From Klebsiella pneumoniae (GTDB lineage: Bacteria; Pseudomonadota; Gammaproteobacteria; Ga0077536): a stretch of 64,000 bases of DNA. The notes under the pieces were generated by a model. That model made no database searches. It saw only the letters and a list, made by a program, of their open reading frames with translations, and was not told the origin of the DNA. The stretch spans positions 3,096 to 67,095 of the forward strand of contig CAMCQE010000004.1 of the NCBI GenBank assembly GCA_945876945.1, given 5' to 3'. Below, in pieces: positions 58,025-64,000 of the stretch. The position numbers and the translations under genes were made by a program. Numbering within the stretch: the first letter of the stretch is position 1; every line of letters starts with the position of its first letter.

Positions 58025-58951
58025 TTAAAAGTCGACGTTATCGCGCCCTTTCAGCTTGAGCATTTGCCGCGCTTCCGCCGGCGTCGCCACTTCCAGCGAC
58101 AGCGCTTCGATCACCGTGCGAATCCGGCGTACCTGCGCCGCGTTGGTTTGCGCAAGATTACCGGGACCATCCCACAGCGAGTCTTCGAGCCCTACCCGCA
58201 CCATGCCACCCATTGCGGCCGACATCGTGGCGATCGGGATCTGGTTGCGCCCGGCGCCCAACACCGACCAGAGATAGTCATCGCCGAACAGCCGATCGGC
58301 GGTGCGCCGCATGTGCACCACATCTTCAAAATGTCCGCCGATCGCGCCGCGCAGACCAAACACCGACTGAATCAGCAGCGGCGGTTTGATCAACTGGCGG
58401 TCGAGGAAATGCGCGGCGGTGTACAAATGCCCGATGTCGTAGCACTCGATTTCAAATCGCGTCTGGTTATCGCTGCAGGACTCGAGGATGTAGGCGATGT
58501 CGCGGAAAGTATTGCGAAACACCCGGTCTTCGCTGCCGGCGAGATACGGCTTCTCCCAGTCGTATTTGAATTCCTTGTGGCGCCCGATCATCTCGTAGAG
58601 CCCGAAATTCATCGAACCCATATTGAGCGAAGCGACTTCGGGCTTGAGTTGTAGCGCCGGCAGCAGGCGTTCCTCGACCAGCATGGTCGGCGCGCCGCCG
58701 GTGGTGAGATTGATCACCACATCCGACGCTGCCTTGATCTGCGGGCAAAACTCGCGGAACAGGGCCGGGTCTTGCGAGGGCAGTCCATCTTCCGGCTTGC
58801 GCGCATGCAGATGCACGATGGCCGCGCCGGCTTCGGCGGCGCCCAAGGCAGCGGCGGTGATTTCCTCCGCCGTGATCGGCAGATACGGTGACATGGTGGG
58901 CGTGTGGATCGCGCCGGTCACCGCGCAGGTAATGATGACTTTTCTCGACAT
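58025..58951 (-). CDS. BKACE-family (3-keto-5-aminohexanoate cleavage enzyme-like, DUF849) protein
   Basis: VIITCAVTGAIHTPTMSPYLPITAEEI..AGAAIVHLHAR is the typical BKACE N-terminus. Confidence 0.85.
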   Translation of the reverse strand: MSRKVIITCAVTGAIHTPTMSPYLPITAEEITAAALGAAEAGAAIVHLHARKPEDGLPSQDPALFREFCPQIKAASDVVINLTTGGAPTMLVEERLLPALQLKPEVASLNMGSMNFGLYEMIGRHKEFKYDWEKPYLAGSEDRVFRNTFRDIAYILESCSDNQTRFEIECYDIGHLYTAAHFLDRQLIKPPLLIQSVFGLRGAIGGHFEDVVHMRRTADRLFGDDYLWSVLGAGRNQIPIATMSAAMGGMVRVGLEDSLWDGPGNLAQTNAAQVRRIRTVIEALSLEVATPAEARQMLKLKGRDNVDF

Positions 58952-58963
58952 TGCGGGGCTCGC

Positions 58964-59602
58964 TTACTTGGCGGACATCGCAGCAAATGCCGCCTGTTGG
59001 GCCGCATCGACCTGCTGAGTCGTGGCGCGCGCCTTGATGCGCTCCAGCACCGCGCCGAGACCCGGCACTTCCGCCACGATGTCCCAACCATACACGGCCT
59101 TCAGCGCGATCGCCGCATAGCCCAGCGTGTAGTAAGCATAGATGTCGACCAGCGAGAACCGATCCCCACACAGCCACTCGCCCTCCCCCATCAACTGCTG
59201 GACGGCGACGAGCCCTTTTTCCACCGTCGGCCGCACTTCTTCCACGGCGGCGTCAGACTTGGGACCGCCAAAGAACACGTGACCGAAATGACGCCGACCC
59301 GGTAGCTCGATGTAGAGCTCCAGTACGCGCATCAACTCGCGCGCCTTGGCGCGCGCGAACGCTGACTGCGGCAAATGCCCCGGCTGCTGTTCTTCCAGAT
59401 AGTCGAGGATGACGCCGGTCTCCGAAATAAAGCCTTCTGCCACTTCAATGCACGGCACTTTGCCCATCGGGCTCTTGGCCTTGTACGCGCCTTCCTGACT
59501 CGGTCTGGCCGCGACTTCCTCGAACGCGAGCCCCTTCTCCAGCAGCGCAAGTTTGACCATGTTGAAATAGTTACTGACCGGGAAACCGTAGAGCTTGATC
59601 AT
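58964..59602 (-). CDS. Glutathione S-transferase
   Basis: It starts MIKLYGFPVSNYFNMVKLALLEKGL and has the GST N- and C-domain organisation. Confidence 0.85.
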   Translation of the reverse strand: MIKLYGFPVSNYFNMVKLALLEKGLAFEEVAARPSQEGAYKAKSPMGKVPCIEVAEGFISETGVILDYLEEQQPGHLPQSAFARAKARELMRVLELYIELPGRRHFGHVFFGGPKSDAAVEEVRPTVEKGLVAVQQLMGEGEWLCGDRFSLVDIYAYYTLGYAAIALKAVYGWDIVAEVPGLGAVLERIKARATTQQVDAAQQAAFAAMSAK

Positions 59603-59632
59603 GAGTTGTTCCTCTCTTTTAACGAATCAATT

Positions 59633-62254
59633 TCAGGACTTGTGGTGCCGCGCCTGCCACCGCTCCACGGCGGCCATCAAGGCCGGCAGCATGATGAGCG
59701 CACTCAGGAGCGCGTAGGCCAAAGACAGCGAAATGAGCACGCCCATCCCGCCCATGCCCGGATGTTTGGAAACCGCGAGCGTGCCGAACGACGCGACCGC
59801 CGTCAGGCCGCTAAACCACACCGCGCGTGGCGTGCTGCTTTCCAGCAGCGGATTCACGCCCTCGGTGTGCTTGCGGCGCACGACCAGATAAGCGCCGTAG
59901 GCGTTGTTCAAGCCAATCAACAGCGGCAAGGCAATGATGTTGGCAAAATTGAGCGGGAAATGGCTCAACACCGAGGTAGCCAGCGTGAGCAGCATGGCCA
60001 GCACCAGCGGCGCAGCCACCAGCAGTGCGTCCACCCAACCGTGCAGCACCAGCGCGTGGAGCAGAATGGTGAGAATGAGCGCACCCAGCGAGGCCTTGAC
60101 GCAGGCATCGATCACCACATCGCTGCCGATCACGAGCTCCACCGGCCCGCCGGTGGCCCCAGCGTCCGCGCCCTGCACTTCCTGCACAAACTGGCGCATG
60201 GCGGCGGTGTCATTCAGGTTCTGGCGCGGATAAACCTCGACACGGGCACGCCCGTCGGGGGCGAGATAGCGGGCCTGCAGGTCGTCGGGCAAATCGTTCA
60301 CGGTGACCGCGCTGGCGTCGAGCAGTTTGCGCAAACGCTGGAGCGTCTGGGGCAAATCGCCCAACAGCTGCGCGCGCAAGGCCGGCATTCGCGCTTCGAG
60401 TTGCGCCGGCTCGGCGTTCACCTGCTTGAGCGCGTCGGCCAACCGACTCGCCGCCGCCTGCGCTTTGGCGTCGCTCAAACTCGACTGCCGCTCGGCCAGT
60501 GTGCGCATGAACGCCTGCAGCGCGGCCGCTTCCGCTTGCGCCGAGGGCTGCGCCGCCGGCGCCACGTCAATCACCCCGGTCATCGCGGTGCGCATGCCGT
60601 CGATGATGTCCAGCTTTTCGGTCTGCCCTTCGGGCACCAGGCTGTTGAGCGTGATGACTTTGTCCACGCTTGGCAGCTCGGCAATTTTGGCCGCGCTGGC
60701 ATCGGCGGCGGCCAGCGAGGGACTCAGGATTTCAATCGTGTACGGCGTGCTGATGGGATCGTTCGCCAACGCCAGAAAGGCCTGTACGGAAGGACTGTTG
60801 CGATCCTTCAAATTGGCGGGATTGGGATCGAATACCACCTGCGGCATCAAGGCCGCGCTCAACAGTGCGAGCAGGCCCGAGCCCACCAGCACCGTGGTGC
60901 CGTGCCGCCCCAGCAGCGCGGCCAGCCGACTTGGGCGGGCGTCGTCCCGCCGCAGACGAAAGCGCGGCACGCCCACCAGCGACAGCAGCGCCGGCAGCAG
61001 TGTGATATTGGCCACCAGCGCCAGCGCCATGCTGAAACTCGAAATCACGCCCAACTGCGCGAGCCCGCGATAGCTGGTGGGCACAAAGGCCGCGAAACTG
61101 ATCGCAGCCCCCACCGCCGCCAGCACCAGCGCCCCGCCGGCCCCATCGCCCGCCGCGCTTAATGCCTCGGTACGGCGCTTCCCATGCCCGCACTCCTCCA
61201 GATAGCGCATGGCGAACTGGATCCCGAAATCTACGCCCATCCCGATAAACAGCACCGCAAAACACACCGAGATGATGTTGAGACTGCCGACCAACCAGGT
61301 CGCCAGCGCCGCGGTCCACACCAGACCACAGGCCAGCGTGACCAACACCGCGACCACCAACACCGGCGAGCGCAGGCCCCAAATCAGCACCAGCGCGACG
61401 GCGCCAAATGACAACACGGTGGTCAGCCCCGCGTCGTCGGCCACTGTGACCAGTTCTTCGCCGTCCATCGGCACCGGACCGGTCACATGGAATGACACCT
61501 CGGGCCAGTCTTTGGCCATTTGGCCCAGCAGCACGTGCAGCGCGTCGACCGCGTCTTGCTCGGGCTGGAAAGAAGTCTTGGCGCGGGCGGGGTCGATCAG
61601 CACGAAGGCGCGTTGCGGGCCGCCCCGGTCTGGAAAGAGTTCGTCCTGCCAATGCACCGCCCGCCCGCCGGGGGCCTCGAGGGTCGTCGCCAGACGGTCG
61701 AACATCCGCCGCAACAGCTGCTGCTGGCCGGCGTCGAGGGGCTGATCCAGCGCGGTGCGCATGGTCTGGAAAAGCCCGCTCAGGCTTTGGTCGTGGGCCA
61801 GCGAGCCGAGCAGCGGCGCGGCTTGCGCCAGGCGTTCATCGATTGTCCAGAGTTCGTCCGGCGAGAGATAGAGCAGACCGTGGGTAGCGAAGTACTCGCC
61901 GCCACCGGGCTGCGAAAGCGCGTGGGCGATATCCGGACGCTTACGCAAGGTGGCGACCAGCGCGTCTGCCGCGTCTTCGGCGAGTCCGGCGTGGGCGGAC
62001 TCCGCATAGACCACGACATCGCCGGGCAGATGCGGGAAGGCCTTGGCGAGTGCGATATTGGCCTGCCGATGCGGCAGGCGCACGTCGATCATGTCGCTGG
62101 TATCGGTATCGATGCTGATGTTGTTCGCGGTGTAGTACAGCGCGTAGGCCGTCAATAACACGCCGCCCAACAGCACCAGCCAGGCCTGTCGGACCGACCA
62201 CGTCACCGTGGCGTGAACCAATTTTCGCGGGAGATTTTTCAGCGTGGGTGACAT
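59633..62254 (-). CDS. MMPL/RND-superfamily exporter, HpnN-like
   Basis: At 873 aa it has two six-helix bundles separated by large periplasmic domains. The N-terminal pattern (...YYTANNISIDTDTSDMI) resembles hopanoid-transporter-type MMPL proteins. Confidence 0.7.
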   Translation of the reverse strand: MSPTLKNLPRKLVHATVTWSVRQAWLVLLGGVLLTAYALYYTANNISIDTDTSDMIDVRLPHRQANIALAKAFPHLPGDVVVYAESAHAGLAEDAADALVATLRKRPDIAHALSQPGGGEYFATHGLLYLSPDELWTIDERLAQAAPLLGSLAHDQSLSGLFQTMRTALDQPLDAGQQQLLRRMFDRLATTLEAPGGRAVHWQDELFPDRGGPQRAFVLIDPARAKTSFQPEQDAVDALHVLLGQMAKDWPEVSFHVTGPVPMDGEELVTVADDAGLTTVLSFGAVALVLIWGLRSPVLVVAVLVTLACGLVWTAALATWLVGSLNIISVCFAVLFIGMGVDFGIQFAMRYLEECGHGKRRTEALSAAGDGAGGALVLAAVGAAISFAAFVPTSYRGLAQLGVISSFSMALALVANITLLPALLSLVGVPRFRLRRDDARPSRLAALLGRHGTTVLVGSGLLALLSAALMPQVVFDPNPANLKDRNSPSVQAFLALANDPISTPYTIEILSPSLAAADASAAKIAELPSVDKVITLNSLVPEGQTEKLDIIDGMRTAMTGVIDVAPAAQPSAQAEAAALQAFMRTLAERQSSLSDAKAQAAASRLADALKQVNAEPAQLEARMPALRAQLLGDLPQTLQRLRKLLDASAVTVNDLPDDLQARYLAPDGRARVEVYPRQNLNDTAAMRQFVQEVQGADAGATGGPVELVIGSDVVIDACVKASLGALILTILLHALVLHGWVDALLVAAPLVLAMLLTLATSVLSHFPLNFANIIALPLLIGLNNAYGAYLVVRRKHTEGVNPLLESSTPRAVWFSGLTAVASFGTLAVSKHPGMGGMGVLISLSLAYALLSALIMLPALMAAVERWQARHHKS

Positions 62255-62343
62255 GGGTTTCCGCTAGGAGAGCAGCACAGGAGGCGCTGGACGCAGCGCA
62301 TTCTGGCGGAAGCCGGGCCGGGACGCGACCCGGCCTATCAGGA

Positions 62344-63501
62344 CTAGAGCACGCGGTCGGCCTGCAGCGCCGCTAACTCGGCTTCTGAATAGCCCAGCGC
62401 GCGCGCGATTTCCGCCCCGTGCTCACCAATGCCCGGCACGTGCGCACCTGGCTTGCCCGGCTCGTGGCGATACATCACCGGCACGCCCAGCATGGGCATC
62501 CCGGCTTCGTCTTCGACCAGCATGCCGCGCGCGGCCGTGGCCGGGTCATACAAGCCTTCATAGAGGGTGCGCAGCGGCGCGTAGCAGACATCGATATCTG
62601 CCAGCCAGTCCAGCCAGTGGGCCAACGTCTCCTGCGCAAAAAACGATTCGAGGAATTCCCGGACCGGCTGCTGCGCCGGTCCCGGCACTTCGTGGGTCAG
62701 CGGCAGGAGGTCTGGCCGACCGGCCTTATTCAGCAAATTGGCGCAGAAATGATGTTCCATGCCGCCCAGCACCAGATGCTTGGCGTCGGCCGTGGCGTAA
62801 ATGTTGTAGAACGCCGCGCCGCCCCAGTTACGCTCCATGGGCACATCGTGACCGCGCTGCTCCACAAACGCAGGTCCGGCGTAGTTGCTGGTCCATGCCA
62901 GCACCGAGTCGTGCAGGGCGATGTCGACGTAATCGCCCTGCCCGGTCTGCCGCTGGCGGAGCAAGGCCATCAGCACGCCCGAGAAGGCGATGAGCGAACC
63001 CGCCATATCGGCCGCCGGCATGCCGGGGTTGGTCGGTTTGCCGTCGCGTCCGCGATGGAAGTCGAGCGTACCCGCCAGCGCTTCAATGGCGATGTCGTGC
63101 GCGGGCTTATCGCGATAGACACCGGTCTGGCCGAAGGCAGAAATCGAGCAATACACAATCTGCGGGGCGTGCGCGCGAACCGTGTCGTAGTCTAACCCCA
63201 GGCGCTTCATCACGCCGGGCCGAAAACCCTCCACCAGCACGTCGGCGTCGGCCAGCAGCTTGAACAGGAATTCCCGGCCGCGCGGGTCTTTGAGGTTCAG
63301 CTGCACGCTGCGCTTGCCGCGATGGGTGTTACGGAACCACACGCTGTGGCCGCCCTGACTCAAGCCCAGCTGTCGCGCGGGCTCACCACCGGGGGGCTCG
63401 ATGCGGATCACGTCCGCACCGTGGTCGGCCATCATCATCGTGAAATGGGGCCCGGGCAAAAACATGGAAAGGTCGACGACTTTAACGCCCGCAAGCTTCA
63501 T
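62344..63501 (-). CDS. Family III CoA-transferase (CaiB/BaiF)
   Basis: MKLAGVKVVDLSMFLPGPHFTMMMADHGADVIRIEPPGG is the typical N-terminus. The catalytic Asp region is present. Confidence 0.85.
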   Translation of the reverse strand: MKLAGVKVVDLSMFLPGPHFTMMMADHGADVIRIEPPGGEPARQLGLSQGGHSVWFRNTHRGKRSVQLNLKDPRGREFLFKLLADADVLVEGFRPGVMKRLGLDYDTVRAHAPQIVYCSISAFGQTGVYRDKPAHDIAIEALAGTLDFHRGRDGKPTNPGMPAADMAGSLIAFSGVLMALLRQRQTGQGDYVDIALHDSVLAWTSNYAGPAFVEQRGHDVPMERNWGGAAFYNIYATADAKHLVLGGMEHHFCANLLNKAGRPDLLPLTHEVPGPAQQPVREFLESFFAQETLAHWLDWLADIDVCYAPLRTLYEGLYDPATAARGMLVEDEAGMPMLGVPVMYRHEPGKPGAHVPGIGEHGAEIARALGYSEAELAALQADRVL

Positions 63502-63534
63502 GCGGCTGTACTCCAGAACAAAACGAGGTTGGGA

Positions 63535-64000
63535 TCAGGACAGCGCCCAGGTGCTCCATACCGGGGTGAGGTCTTCGGGGAACGGGCCGGGTTGGCCCAG
63601 CCGGGCATGGTCCTGCGGACCGCCGTGGTAGTCGGAACCGGCCGAGGCGCTCAGGTCGTAGCGCCGGCAGAGTTCAGCCAGCTGGCGGGTGGTGGCCGGC
63701 GTTTGCATGCCGCAGGCCACTTCCAGTCCGCTGCCGCCGGCTTCTTTGAAACATTCAATCAACTCGCGCAGTTTGGAATGCGTGAACTGGTATTTGGCCG
63801 GATGCGCGAGCACTGCAGTCCCGCCGTCTTCCACAATCCAGCGCACCGCATCTTCCACCGGCGCCCAGGTGAGCGCGCTATTGCTCATCGCGGTGTCGCC
63901 GAGCCAGCGGCGAAAGGCATCGTCAACGGTGCGCGCTTTCCCGGTCTCCACCAGAAACCGCGCGAAGTGCGGCCGGCCCAATACCCCCTGGCCCGCGATG
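63535..64000 (-). CDS. PHP-domain phosphoesterase (TrpH/YciV-like), 5' end outside the window
   Basis: The frame stays open to the window edge (..IAGQGVLGRPHFARFLV). C-terminal AHP and GSDYHG motifs are typical of PHP. Confidence 0.75.
   Translation of the reverse strand, partial: IAGQGVLGRPHFARFLVETGKARTVDDAFRRWLGDTAMSNSALTWAPVEDAVRWIVEDGGTAVLAHPAKYQFTHSKLRELIECFKEAGGSGLEVACGMQTPATTRQLAELCRRYDLSASAGSDYHGGPQDHARLGQPGPFPEDLTPVWSTWALS

Noticed and set aside
59375-61162. A 595-aa plus-strand ORF opposite the MMPL gene.
   Set aside because: The translation is rich in Arg, Gln and His and is non-membrane. It is the shadow of a clear 12-TM transporter gene.

Overview
This is a high-GC, gene-dense proteobacterial chromosomal segment. 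I count about 55 protein-coding genes, many joined by ATGA-type 4-nt overlaps or gaps of 10 nt or less. I recognised no rRNA, tRNA, CRISPR array, transposase, integrase or phage gene. It reads as a metabolic and accessory region, not a mobile or defence island.

Acyl-CoA chemistry dominates:
- A fused B12 mutase (IcmF) operon.
- A MaoC / CitE-like / family-III CoA-transferase module that continues without gaps into a haloalkane dehalogenase, a hotdog protein, PanB and TesB.
- A thiolase operon whose first gene is an HMG-CoA-synthase-like/DUF35 fusion.
- Two further CoA-transferases, an acyl-CoA dehydrogenase and a MatB-like ligase.

Other content:
- Tandem TPR-glycosyltransferase paralogs.
- A PQQ alcohol dehydrogenase with a lanthanide-type DYD motif.
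- A Ser/Thr-kinase-HDOD fusion and an FHA-cyclase fusion.
- A secreted protein with a PEP-CTERM-like tail.
- EttA, a YjgR-type ATPase and an HpnN-like MMPL exporter.
- A roughly 1200-aa fused GltD/NfnB-like plus PyrK/NfnA-like iron-sulfur flavoprotein.

Strongest candidates for undescribed biology:
1. 30691-36083: an operon led by an HMGCS-like/DUF35 fusion that appears to lack the catalytic Cys/His/Asn triad, next to an intact SCP-x thiolase.
2. 53038-56652: the giant Nfn-like fusion with an uncharacterised N-terminal domain, divergent from an LLM oxidoreductase.
3. 10487-15249: the CMD / TPR-GT9 x2 cassette, with a homogenised 3' tract.
4. 22716-28193: a seven-gene operon mixing a C5-dicarboxylate-CoA module with a dehalogenase and an orphan panB.
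5. 48133-48380: a composite repeat/hairpin element.

All family calls rest on motif reading of the supplied translations. No database search was possible.
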